Shown piece after piece: positions 9,148 to 18,045 of a stretch of DNA of 39,432 nucleotides. The notes beneath the pieces were generated by a model, which saw only the letters and a program-made list of their open reading frames with translations, had not been told where the DNA came from and made no database searches. Source of the DNA: a virus (taxonomy: Duplodnaviria > Caudoviricetes); the IMG/VR virus record IMGVR_UViG_3300043765_000024, positions 1-39,432 of that record. One strand, 5' to 3'. The translations under genes and the position numbers were made by a program. How positions within the stretch are numbered: the first letter of the stretch is position 1; each line of letters starts with the position of its first letter.

Positions 9148-10204
9148 GACAGCAACCGCACCGGCACCACCGGCAGCATCACCTGCGCCGGCCAGCCAAG
9201 ACAGTATCAGCGTCTCCGAGGCTGCGCGGCTCCTCCGCAGCCGCCGCCAGGGCGATGGCACAGCTCCAGCTGCGCCTGGTGCCCCACCTGCTTCTGTATC
9301 GTCCGATACAGGCAGGGCACCTGCAGGACCTGCGGCACCGCCGAGCGGGCCGACGGCAGCCCAGGCGATGGCGCGGGCGCTGGGGCTGCCCGAGGGGCAA
9401 TCCCGCGAAATAAGCGGACAACTCGCGGAACCTGCGGGCAATCAAATTGCGCCGGCAGACTTCGATCTCGGCGACGGCAGACGCTACAGCGCCAATGAGC
9501 TGCGCGAGGCGATCCGCCAGGCGGCGGACTACACCAAGAAGACGCAGGGCTTGGCCGAGCAGCAGCGCCATGTGCAGGCCCAGCACGCAGCGCTCGCCCA
9601 GGTGCTGCCGTTCATCCAGCCCGAGCTGCAGCGGCTCGCCCAGATCGTGCAGGGCATCCCGATGCCAGACATCAACCTGCTCGACAGCAACCCTAACCAG
9701 TATCACCGGGAATACGCACTCTACCAGCGGGCGATGGCCGAGCAGCAGCGCCTGGCGCAGCTCAACAACGTGCAGTCAGAGGCGCAGGCGCGCGCTCAGG
9801 CGCAGGCACTGGAAGTAGCCAACGCCCAGCTCAGCGCGGAGTTTCCCGCCTGGGGTGATCCGATCCAGCGCAAGGCCTGGCAGACCGAGCTCGCCGACTG
9901 GGCGATCAACAAAGCCGGTTACACCCACGCCGAGCTCAGCAACCTGGTCGACGCCAGACATCTTAGAACCATGATGAAGGCCTACCAATTTGACCTCATG
10001 GTGTCGGGCGCACAGACCCGAGCTCCAGCAGCACCCGCTCAGACCGCCCAGCTCCGCGGCCAGCGCCCGCCGCCGGCACCGGCTGCCTCGGTGCAGCGGG
10101 CCGAGCAGGCTTTCGACGCCAGGCCCAATGTGCGCAACGGTGCAGCTCTGGTCGCGGCACGACGAGCTGCTGCGAACGGCAACGGCTCAGCCGGCAGATG
10201 GTGA
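9140..10204 (+). CDS. Capsid scaffolding protein
   Basis: SD GAGG; disordered N-terminus, RQAADYTKKTQ.LAEQ and GYT.AEL..LVDAR motifs, coiled coil; directly upstream of the capsid gene. Confidence 0.85.
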   Translation: MSETATAPAPPAASPAPASQDSISVSEAARLLRSRRQGDGTAPAAPGAPPASVSSDTGRAPAGPAAPPSGPTAAQAMARALGLPEGQSREISGQLAEPAGNQIAPADFDLGDGRRYSANELREAIRQAADYTKKTQGLAEQQRHVQAQHAALAQVLPFIQPELQRLAQIVQGIPMPDINLLDSNPNQYHREYALYQRAMAEQQRLAQLNNVQSEAQARAQAQALEVANAQLSAEFPAWGDPIQRKAWQTELADWAINKAGYTHAELSNLVDARHLRTMMKAYQFDLMVSGAQTRAPAAPAQTAQLRGQRPPPAPAASVQRAEQAFDARPNVRNGAALVAARRAAANGNGSAGRW

Positions 10205-10434
10205 GCTGGGCCGACTATGATCGCTGCACGCCCGAGCAGCGTGCCATCCTGCAGGCGATCTGCTGGGACAAGGTAGCAGTGCAGGCCTGGCGCGCCGGCA
10301 TCAGGACATTCGCCGACGCCGAGGCCTATTTCCGCCACTATCTTGAATTGCACCCGGTAGAGGGTTACAACCAGTCACCTCGCGACGGCAGTGCTTGCAC
10401 CCAGCGGCGCGAGGGTCGTGCCGGCAAAGGCTGA
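10198..10434 (+). CDS. Hypothetical protein (3' half overlaps the capsid promoter and leader)
   Basis: Overlaps the scaffold stop; plausible N-terminal half. Confidence 0.45.
   Translation: MVSWADYDRCTPEQRAILQAICWDKVAVQAWRAGIRTFADAEAYFRHYLELHPVEGYNQSPRDGSACTQRREGRAGKG
10343..10371 (+). promoter_or_regulatory. Sigma70-like promoter for the capsid gene
   Basis: TTGAAT-N17-TACAAC. Confidence 0.55.
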
Positions 10435-10570
10435 CCTAGTCAGCGTGGCCCACGTCGAGGAGTGCTTGCACCCACCTCGAAACGCCGCCGCTCCCTGACC
10501 CGTCTGCCCATTGCACCAGGAAACAACCCGCATACGCGTGTGTATAGACGCGCGTATGCATGCAATGGAG
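10378..10570 (+). ncRNA. Candidate structured 5' leader of the capsid mRNA
   Basis: Two copies of AGTGCTTGCACCCA, each enclosed by a different stem; a 12-bp hairpin; CCATTGCA/TGCAATGG stem over the SD. Confidence 0.6.
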
Positions 10571-10577
10571 CATGACC

Positions 10578-11558
10578 ATGGCAGTGCCACCGCAGAGTGC
10601 GGCACCCGCGAATACTTACATCGAGACTGCAGCCGTCGGCGTGAGGGAGGATCTCGCCGACGTGATCTACCGCATCGATCCTGACGAGACGCCAACTATT
10701 AGTGCAGTATCAAGGGTCGGCGCGTCACAGGTTCTCACCGAATGGATAGTCCAGACCCTTAATCCGGCGGCTGATAACGCGCAGCCCGAAGGTTTTACTG
10801 CTGCAATGCAAGCAGTATTGAAGCCTGTTAGACTTAATAATGTCTGTCAGATCCTCGCGCGCACAGTTGGTGTGTCGAATACTTTAAGAGTAGTTGATGT
10901 CGCGGGTGGTGAGGATGAATACAACCGGCAGCTCATCCTGCGCGGACTGGAGGTCAAACGCGATCTGGAGCTCGCCGTTACGTCACCTCTGGTGCGGACG
11001 ATCACCGATCCGCGGCATATGTCGGGGCTGCCCTGCTACACCGCCAATGGCGCGCGAGGTGCGACTGGTGTGATGCCGGTTGGTGACGGTAGCAACGCCG
11101 GCACGGCTGGGACGGCGTATGACTTGACTTTGAATGTGGTGCAGACCTCGATGCAGGCCTGCTGGCAGTCTGGCGGCAAACCTAATCTTGCGATCATGTC
11201 GGGCAATATAAAGCTATACTTTGCGACACTGTCGCAAGGCGGCACGGGCAATGCGATCGTTGCACAAAACATCGTAACCGCCAGCCCACGAGAGCAGATG
11301 CTGATCCAGGGCTCGGTCGATGTGTTCAGAACGGATTTTGGCGAGCTGCAGCTTGCACCCGATCGGTTCTGCCCAGCCCATCAGATCCTGCTCATATCGA
11401 CCGACTATCTCGAAATGGCACCTCTGCCGGAACGAGACATGGTTCAGCAGGACTACGCGATGACCGGCGATAACAGCCAGGGTGGTGTAGTATTCGAGGG
11501 CTGCTGCAGGCCGACTGCGCCACTAGCGCATGCAACAATCTTCGATCTGAACCAATAA
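10578..11558 (+). CDS. Major capsid protein (SU10/DUF5309-like)
   Basis: GVREDL.DVIYRIDP.ETP, EW....L..A..NAQ.EG, RLNNVCQI, EVKRDLE, VDVFRTDFG motifs; SD GGAG 7 nt upstream. Confidence 0.92.
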   Translation: MAVPPQSAAPANTYIETAAVGVREDLADVIYRIDPDETPTISAVSRVGASQVLTEWIVQTLNPAADNAQPEGFTAAMQAVLKPVRLNNVCQILARTVGVSNTLRVVDVAGGEDEYNRQLILRGLEVKRDLELAVTSPLVRTITDPRHMSGLPCYTANGARGATGVMPVGDGSNAGTAGTAYDLTLNVVQTSMQACWQSGGKPNLAIMSGNIKLYFATLSQGGTGNAIVAQNIVTASPREQMLIQGSVDVFRTDFGELQLAPDRFCPAHQILLISTDYLEMAPLPERDMVQQDYAMTGDNSQGGVVFEGCCRPTAPLAHATIFDLNQ

Positions 11559-11578
11559 GACTTAACAGGTAAGTCTTA
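11556..11578 (+). promoter_or_regulatory. AT-rich inverted repeat between the capsid stop and the next start
   Basis: TAAGACTTA-ACAGG-TAAGTCTTA. Confidence 0.5.
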
Positions 11579-11583
11579 ATACT

Positions 11584-11895
11584 ATGCAGTTACTATACGA
11601 CGGCTATAACCCGGTTACCGCCCGCTCGACCACCATCGAGCTGGACGCCGAAACCGGGTTACCGGTGATCACCTCGGTGCAGAACACCACGCCGATCCTA
11701 GAGCGGGCCAAGCAGCTCGCCAGCAACTTCGATCCGTATCAGCGCAAGGACATGACCCACGTCATGACCATCCCCGCGGTGATGTGGCGACAGCTGGTGC
11801 GCCTGGGCATCGCGCAAGACCCGGTGGCGTTCCGCGCCTGGTGCAACTCACGGGAGGCACGACTGCTCCGCACCGACGATGGAAGGAAACTCTGA
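11584..11895 (+). CDS. Hypothetical head-module protein
   Basis: Directly after the capsid gene; QNTTPILE, HV.TIP, AW.N....LLRT pattern. Confidence 0.75.
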   Translation: MQLLYDGYNPVTARSTTIELDAETGLPVITSVQNTTPILERAKQLASNFDPYQRKDMTHVMTIPAVMWRQLVRLGIAQDPVAFRAWCNSREARLLRTDDGRKL

Positions 11896-12200
11896 TGGCA
11901 CTCCCCACTGCCTCGCATCCGGCCAGCACGCCAGCTCAGGCAGCCACGCCTGGCATCACGCCAGGCACTGCGGCAGCTCATGTGCAGACGCCCACCACAC
12001 CAGGAGCCGAGCCGCATCTGTTCGACGACATCGATGCCGTGCTGCTGATGCGGCTCTACCCGCACAGCAAAGACCCGCGCCACGACGCGATGGCCGCGGG
12101 CCACGCAGCGCACGATGCCGGCCTTAAGCTGGTCGCAGCTCAGCAGGCACCGATCGCCGAGCCGGAAGGCATGACGGGTGTCGTCCTCGGGCATGCCTAG
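11895..12200 (+). CDS. Hypothetical protein
   Basis: SD AAGGAA; TGATG coupling; fills the gap to the adaptor gene. Confidence 0.65.
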   Translation: MALPTASHPASTPAQAATPGITPGTAAAHVQTPTTPGAEPHLFDDIDAVLLMRLYPHSKDPRHDAMAAGHAAHDAGLKLVAAQQAPIAEPEGMTGVVLGHA

Positions 12201-12868
12201 TGGCTAGCCTGCAGCAGCTCAGCGATGACGTGATGGGGTATTTGAACCGGCGCGATATCGTCGGTCGAATACCCTCCTGGGTGCTGATGGTGGAAACCGA
12301 GCTGGCAGAAACCTTGCGCGCCAGGTGCATGGTCACGTTCGGCAACCAGAGCGTCGATGCTCCCTACATCACGCTGCCGGCTAACTTCGCGGCGATGGAA
12401 AGCATCAGGGATGCGACAACCGGCGAGCTGCTGACGCTCAAGGACGAGTGGTCTGGGAGCTGGGTCGAGGCCTATATGCCGTCGGCCTGGAATTTCTACC
12501 AGATTAACACGACAACATTGCCTAGCACCGGCTATCGTATCCTCGCCGACTGCATCGAATTTCTGCCGCATCCGATCGTGCCAAACCCGCCATCGAGCAC
12601 CTGGGTTCCGCAGCAGGTGCTGATGGGCTGGTATCAGAAGCCGACGCCTCTGGTGCAGCCAGCCGACACCAATGTTGTGCTGGAGCAGCTCTATTCGATC
12701 TACCTCTACGGTGTGTGCCGCCAAGGCGCGATCTTTGAGCTGGACGATAACCGCGCCAGCCAAATGGACAATCTCTGGCAACAGGTCATCACGCGCGCAA
12801 ATCTCTGGAAGCAGCAGAGCGACTATAGCGGCTCGCCTCTGGTCGAAGAGATGGCGATGAGGCTCTGA
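12200..12868 (+). CDS. Head-to-tail adaptor protein
   Basis: L...V.GYLNR.D....IP.WV...E, LP.NF and TN.VL.....YLYG motifs; synteny. Confidence 0.8.
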   Translation: MASLQQLSDDVMGYLNRRDIVGRIPSWVLMVETELAETLRARCMVTFGNQSVDAPYITLPANFAAMESIRDATTGELLTLKDEWSGSWVEAYMPSAWNFYQINTTTLPSTGYRILADCIEFLPHPIVPNPPSSTWVPQQVLMGWYQKPTPLVQPADTNVVLEQLYSIYLYGVCRQGAIFELDDNRASQMDNLWQQVITRANLWKQQSDYSGSPLVEEMAMRL

Positions 12869-13287
12869 TGGCGGGCGCGGCCACGATCTACACCGAGCAG
12901 TCAGTGCTTGAGCATACGCTTGGCATCGGGCCGGCAATGCCGGTGGTCGCTGCGGTGTGGATCGGCCTGGCGCTGGCGACGCCGCCGCCGAGCTCGATCA
13001 CGCCTGGCCATGAGGTGGTGGGCACCAACTACGCGCGGCAGCCGATCACGTTCAGCGTTAGCGGCAATGTGGCGATCAACAGTGAAGGCGCGCAATACAC
13101 CACCGCCGGCAGCTACTGGGGTGTCATCGGCTGGTTTGAAATCTGGGATGCGCTGGTGGGCGGCAACCGGCTCTATTTCGGCCCGTTGGTGGACCCTGCC
13201 GACGGCGTGACGCCGATCACCCGCGAGATCCTGGTGGGCGACGTGATGCGGTTCCAGGCCAGCACTATCACCGTGAGTGCTACCTGA
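12868..13287 (+). CDS. Tail or fibre-associated structural protein
   Basis: EV.G.NYARQ.ITF and WG.I....IWDA..GGN.L motifs. Confidence 0.75.
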   Translation: MAGAATIYTEQSVLEHTLGIGPAMPVVAAVWIGLALATPPPSSITPGHEVVGTNYARQPITFSVSGNVAINSEGAQYTTAGSYWGVIGWFEIWDALVGGNRLYFGPLVDPADGVTPITREILVGDVMRFQASTITVSAT

Positions 13288-13832
13288 TGGCGACGCCTCG
13301 TCCATATGGCGCTGGGCCGTATGGCCGCGGTTATTACAGCCGCTACCGCGGCACCATCTATGATGTCGCCGGCACCAGCTCGATCACCTGGACAGCGACG
13401 GCGCAGGCCGGCGAGCTGCATGATGTTCATGGCGCGAGCAGTATCCGGTTCACACCGCAGGCCGAGGCCTATCCGCCGACCCTGATCTGGTTCCCGTGGG
13501 CTCCGTTCACGCCTGGCACCTGGCCCGCAGCAGAACCATGCGAGACGGGGCTGTGGGGCTCGCCAGCGGCTTACATGCCAGGCAGCTGGCCCAGTGCCCC
13601 AGCTGCCGAGCTCGGCGTCTGGGACGCCTCTGTGGCCGCGCCAGAGCCCGGTGAGTGGACGCCTGCGGAACCATGCGAACCAGGCATCTGGACAGCTGGG
13701 CCAGACCACACGCCGAATTCCTGGACCATCGCACAACGCGAGCAGCGCGACTGGACGCCGCCGGCAGATGCCACGCCTGGCACCTGGCCCGGTGCAGCTC
13801 CTTGTTCGCCTGGCTCATGGGTGCCGAGATGA
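13287..13832 (+). CDS. Structural protein with a YGxGxYG motif and ten ~11-aa PGxW repeats
   Basis: TGATG and ATGA coupling; periodic Trp. Confidence 0.7.
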   Translation: MATPRPYGAGPYGRGYYSRYRGTIYDVAGTSSITWTATAQAGELHDVHGASSIRFTPQAEAYPPTLIWFPWAPFTPGTWPAAEPCETGLWGSPAAYMPGSWPSAPAAELGVWDASVAAPEPGEWTPAEPCEPGIWTAGPDHTPNSWTIAQREQRDWTPPADATPGTWPGAAPCSPGSWVPR

Positions 13833-15814
13833 GCGGCAGCGACTGGACCGTCACGCCCAACCTTGGCCTCTACAAGCCCACGGTAGACGCCGATTTTGAT
13901 ATCTGGGGCGATCACTGGAATAGCAACGCCGACACGCTCGACACATATTTTGGGCCTGGCGCGCCGCATGGGCCTTACGTGCCGATCGCCGGCAACGTGA
14001 CGATGACCGGCCCGCTGACGTTGTCGGGCAATGCACCCGCCGGCAGCCCGCTGCAGGCAGTGCCGTTGCAACAGGTCAACTTGATTGTCGGCAATTACCT
14101 ACCGCTGACCGGCGGTCAGCTTTCCGGCAACCTGATCGGCACGAGCATCGGGCTGAACGCCTATGTGCCGCCCGCCAACATGATGCCGGGTATTGCCACG
14201 CCTAATTGGTCGCTCGGCCCGAGCCCCCAGCCAGGCACGCTGCAGCTAGCGGGCAATGCGTGGCAGAGCAATACCAGCGTCTGGTCTTTTCTAAACACTG
14301 GTCCCGCTGCTGTGCTCTCGGTTAATTCCGGCGGCGCTGGCGGTTTTGTCTTTAACACCGCGCCATCGGGCACGGCTGGCACCACGCCTGCCTGGAACGG
14401 CGTTGTTTCTATCGGTCCTACCGGCAACATCGGTGTCGGCAGCTATGTCCTGCCAGGCGATGCTGTGCCCGGCTCGATCCTTGGGCAGCGGCAGATGTCG
14501 GCCAATCTCGGCAATATCGACGTATGCTTCAATGCGTATTGGAACGGCACAGCCTGGACACGTGCTGCCGCCGCCGCTACGGCAACATTCCAAGTCTGGC
14601 CAGGCGAATTTCGCTGGTATACTGCACCGAGTGCAGCAGTAACTGTAGCGCCCGCCTGGACACAGGTGATGGATCTGACCTCTGCTGCGCTGACTGTAAA
14701 CGTGCCGGAGACGAATAATGCGGGCCGTGTCGTCATCACGGCTACCGGCAACAATCCCTCCGTGTGTGTGTGGGATAAGACCTATGGGGCCGCCGGAATG
14801 TTTCTCGGCGGTGGCGCGCTTGAGCTCTTTTTCGGCCAGATGGATGCCAGCGGCGGATACTACAACAACAACTGGTATGGCTATTTTGACAATTCCGGCA
14901 ACCTCTATACGCGCGGCAACATCAATTGCGGTGGTGGGACTATGACCGGCAGCATCACCGGCAACTGCAACGCAGCGTCCTACGCTTACAACTGGTATAA
15001 CGGATCAAGCTGGGCAAATTTCCGCTGGGCAGGCCAAGGTGGGATGCCGAGCTATGTGTTAGGCTCCAACGACGGCGTCAATATCCTCGTCTGGCAGCCG
15101 CAGAACCTCACCTATGTTTCCGGCGGTTTCACTGCCACTGGCAATATTGTCTCTAAGGGCAATACCAATGCCTGCAACCTTTGCATGTGGGCGCAGGACC
15201 AGGGCGCGGCAAAGATTTGGTTCATGGGCGGCAGCAACATCATTTATCTCGGCAGTGCAGACGGCGGCGGCAACTATGCCGGGACCACTTATTGCCATAT
15301 CGATAATGCTGGCAGTGGGACATTCCCTGGCGCGCTGACCTGCGGATCATACGTTTATCCCTACGGTATAGTTACAGGCGTTCAAGGCACTGGTCAGGGC
15401 TTTGGCTTCCGCGATGACGGCTACACGATGATCTATTGGGTTAATACCCGCGGCGAGGTGTCGCTGACGCCTTATTGCGACGAGCGCATCAAGGAAGCTA
15501 TCGCGCCATCGCAGGTGGATTGCCTTGAGCTCGTGCGCAGACTGCCATTGCATGAGTTCCGATATAAGAAATTCCATGTAGAGACTGGCGGCTACTCAGC
15601 CAATCCTGATGGTCCGATTGTGCCGATCGGGTTTATCGCGCAACGCGTGGGAGAAGTGTTCCCGGATGGTGAAATCGGACCAAGCGTCGCCCGATCGCAG
15701 AAGGTCAGGCATCCGGTAACGCACAACATCAACCTCAACACAATCGTGGCCGCATTGACCGGCGCAGTGCAGCAGCTCGCGGCGCGCGTGCAACAGCTGG
15801 AGACAATGCATTGA
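13829..15814 (+). CDS. Tail fibre with a C-terminal intramolecular chaperone (peptidase S74-like)
   Basis: N-terminal TPNLGL.KP....D.WG..WN.N..TLD anchor, YLPLTGG.LSG repeats, Gly/Asn/Trp-rich shaft, CDERIK...GFIAQ...LTGAVQQL coiled coil. Confidence 0.88.
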   Translation: MSGSDWTVTPNLGLYKPTVDADFDIWGDHWNSNADTLDTYFGPGAPHGPYVPIAGNVTMTGPLTLSGNAPAGSPLQAVPLQQVNLIVGNYLPLTGGQLSGNLIGTSIGLNAYVPPANMMPGIATPNWSLGPSPQPGTLQLAGNAWQSNTSVWSFLNTGPAAVLSVNSGGAGGFVFNTAPSGTAGTTPAWNGVVSIGPTGNIGVGSYVLPGDAVPGSILGQRQMSANLGNIDVCFNAYWNGTAWTRAAAAATATFQVWPGEFRWYTAPSAAVTVAPAWTQVMDLTSAALTVNVPETNNAGRVVITATGNNPSVCVWDKTYGAAGMFLGGGALELFFGQMDASGGYYNNNWYGYFDNSGNLYTRGNINCGGGTMTGSITGNCNAASYAYNWYNGSSWANFRWAGQGGMPSYVLGSNDGVNILVWQPQNLTYVSGGFTATGNIVSKGNTNACNLCMWAQDQGAAKIWFMGGSNIIYLGSADGGGNYAGTTYCHIDNAGSGTFPGALTCGSYVYPYGIVTGVQGTGQGFGFRDDGYTMIYWVNTRGEVSLTPYCDERIKEAIAPSQVDCLELVRRLPLHEFRYKKFHVETGGYSANPDGPIVPIGFIAQRVGEVFPDGEIGPSVARSQKVRHPVTHNINLNTIVAALTGAVQQLAARVQQLETMH

Positions 15815-16224
15815 CCACACTCGTGATCAGCAATGCGCCGCAATACCCATTCGGCGCGATGACCAATAGCGCGGTGAGCCGCCTAATCTCGCTCAATGCC
15901 ACATTGGCGCGGCTTGATGAGGCGATAACCACCGCATCATCCGGCTATACCGGAACGGCTGGCACGCAGTTTGAAATTCAGCCTGGCGCGGCTCCGACAC
16001 CGGCTGCCACACCTATGGCTGCTCCCCCTATCATCGGTGGCGCGCCGCTCGCCAATGCCACCGCTATCCCAACATTGTTTGGCGTGGTCGCGTCCGATAC
16101 GCCAGGCGAGCAAGGCGTGGCGTATCGCTATGCCGCCGAGCAGCTGTGGGCGCAATGGCAAGCCTTCTGGGCTGCCGCAGCACCGTTCATCGAACAACTC
16201 GACAATGGGAATGTGGCGATATGA
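15811..16224 (+). CDS. Hypothetical tail-module protein
   Basis: TTGA and ATGA overlaps on both sides. Confidence 0.65.
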   Translation: MTTLVISNAPQYPFGAMTNSAVSRLISLNATLARLDEAITTASSGYTGTAGTQFEIQPGAAPTPAATPMAAPPIIGGAPLANATAIPTLFGVVASDTPGEQGVAYRYAAEQLWAQWQAFWAAAAPFIEQLDNGNVAI

Positions 16225-16457
16225 GCGACGCGCAGATACTACAGATACCGCCCGACAAGATACTAAGCGTGAGCCTGCCGGCAGTGCGCTGGCAGCTCGC
16301 GATGGCACTCATCAATGACGGTGCAGCGACGCTGCTCGCCGAGCTGCAGCGCCAGCTACAGCAAGCCGCGCAGAAGCCTAACGGTGAGGATCTCCAGCAG
16401 CGCATGAATGACGTTCTGTCGCAGCAGCACGGCTATGCGATGGGCGTGAAGTCATGA
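16221..16457 (+). CDS. Small coiled-coil hypothetical protein
   Basis: ATGA coupling on both sides. Confidence 0.65.
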   Translation: MSDAQILQIPPDKILSVSLPAVRWQLAMALINDGAATLLAELQRQLQQAAQKPNGEDLQQRMNDVLSQQHGYAMGVKS

Positions 16458-16963
16458 CGACGCTCGCTGGCCAGATGGTGAATGCCGCGCAGCCTAACCC
16501 GCAGTGGGTCGCATGCGATGGCAAACCCTATTTTGTGCTCGATCCGAAGCAGCCGCAGCGCGGGCTTGCCGTCAAGCCGGCGAACTGGGCCGCGACCACT
16601 GCCTATGCATTGAATGCCGTAGTCGCGCCGACGACACCGAACGGTTTCAATTACGTCTGCACCGTTGCCGGCACCTCGGCAGCGACGCAGCCAGTGTGGC
16701 CAGTGACGCTCGGCGCGACCGCAACCGACGGCACGGTGACCTGGGCCTGCGTCGCTCCCGCCGATGCCTATTCGCGCGGCTGGCGTGCCGACTATCGCCG
16801 CCGCACCGGCTGGCAGGGAAGACGCTTAGGCCTCGGGCCGCTCGGCTGGATCATCCTTATGCCGGTTTCCGCCGGCTACTACGTCTCCACTGCAGACGAC
16901 TACTCCGAGGTGACCCTGGTCAACCCGCCGCATGTGCTGAAGCCGCCGCCGGGAACCAAGTAA
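16454..16963 (+). CDS. Protein with a carbohydrate-binding-module-like insert
   Basis: WAATTAY..NAVV.PT..NGF.YVCTVAGTS....PVWP.......DGTVTW motif typical of phage tail proteins. Confidence 0.7.
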   Translation: MTTLAGQMVNAAQPNPQWVACDGKPYFVLDPKQPQRGLAVKPANWAATTAYALNAVVAPTTPNGFNYVCTVAGTSAATQPVWPVTLGATATDGTVTWACVAPADAYSRGWRADYRRRTGWQGRRLGLGPLGWIILMPVSAGYYVSTADDYSEVTLVNPPHVLKPPPGTK

Positions 16964-18045
16964 TGGCCGACACCTACAGCCCGATCTTAGGCTTTACGCT
17001 CCCCGAGGTAGGTGCCTCTCGCGATACCTGGGGCAGCAAGCTGAACCATGACCTGTCCATGCTCGATAGCTTTGTCGGCTACGGGCTGCCGGTGGGTATG
17101 ACGGTTGACTTCGCCGGCCCCAATGTGCCGACAGGCTGGCTGCTGTGCGATGGCCGAGCCGTGTCACGCACCACCTATGCATTGCTGTTCCAGGTTTTAG
17201 GTTCCAGCTTTGGTAGCGGTGACGGAACGAGCACATTTAACCTGCCGAACCTCTGTGGTCGCGCCACTGTCGGGCCAGGCTCTGTCACTGATAGCGGCGG
17301 GCATGTGCAGGCCTGGTCATTTGCGCTGGCCTATGGCTACTACCAGCAGGCGATCCCGCAATCGGCGCTGCCCAACTATCAGCTGAGCTGCGACACCCAA
17401 GGTGCGCACAATCACGGCGGCAGCGCATACGGTGGCAACCACAACCATGGCACCGATGTGCAAGGCAGCCACGCACATGGCGGCGGCACATCCAACCCAG
17501 GCGATCACAGCCACACCGGATATACGGATGCCCAAGGCTTGCACAGCCACAATGTCTACAGCGGACAGATGGGCAACGGAGCTGCAGGCGGTTATGCAAA
17601 TGTGCCATTCGGCAGTCTTGGTCTAAATGGCTATTACACCGATCAGCAAGGCAATCACCAGCACAACGTCCAGACCTATAATGCCGGCAATCATACGCAC
17701 TCAATCAGCACCGACACACAAGGCGCACACGCGCACAACATCACCTATAGCGGCACGCTCTATCTGACCATCAATACTGACGGCAGCCACACCCACAATG
17801 TCTGGCTCGGCGGCGGTGGGCAGGCTTTCGTCCTGCAGTCGCCGGCCTTGTGCCTGACCAAGATCATCTTCTGCGGCTGGAACGCGATCCCGATGCCGTC
17901 CGCTGCAGCTCAGATGCTGACGATCGACGGCACGTTTGAGGATCTGGACGAGCTGCGCCAGGAGCTCGCTGACCTCAAGGCGATGGTGCGCAACCTGCTG
18001 GCTCAGCCGCAGCGCAGGCTGACCACAACGCGCGGAGCGCATTGA
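16963..18045 (+). CDS. Tail fibre with a tail-collar domain and nine HxH metal-binding motifs
   Basis: PVG..VDFAG...P.GWLLCDGRAVSRTTYA.LF...G..FG.GDG.STFNLP collar; nine GxHxH repeats. Confidence 0.9.
   Translation: MADTYSPILGFTLPEVGASRDTWGSKLNHDLSMLDSFVGYGLPVGMTVDFAGPNVPTGWLLCDGRAVSRTTYALLFQVLGSSFGSGDGTSTFNLPNLCGRATVGPGSVTDSGGHVQAWSFALAYGYYQQAIPQSALPNYQLSCDTQGAHNHGGSAYGGNHNHGTDVQGSHAHGGGTSNPGDHSHTGYTDAQGLHSHNVYSGQMGNGAAGGYANVPFGSLGLNGYYTDQQGNHQHNVQTYNAGNHTHSISTDTQGAHAHNITYSGTLYLTINTDGSHTHNVWLGGGGQAFVLQSPALCLTKIIFCGWNAIPMPSAAAQMLTIDGTFEDLDELRQELADLKAMVRNLLAQPQRRLTTTRGAH

Noticed and set aside
10390-10474. 16S rRNA fragment (GTGCTTGCAC resembles the helix 6 tip)
   Set aside because: Only 10 nt match and no flanking rRNA sequence; better explained as a CUUG tetraloop
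13655-13828. N-terminal extension of the long fibre
   Set aside because: It overlaps the PGxW-repeat gene; the ATGA-coupled start at 13829 gives a typical fibre N-terminus
16504-16962. Upstream extension or -1 frameshift fusion of the collar fibre
   Set aside because: The extension is Arg-rich off-frame sequence, there is no canonical slippery heptamer, and a TAATG-coupled start at 16963 fits better
13829-18045. Diversity-generating retroelement targeting a fibre
   Set aside because: No reverse transcriptase, and no near-identical TR/VR pair differing at adenines was seen
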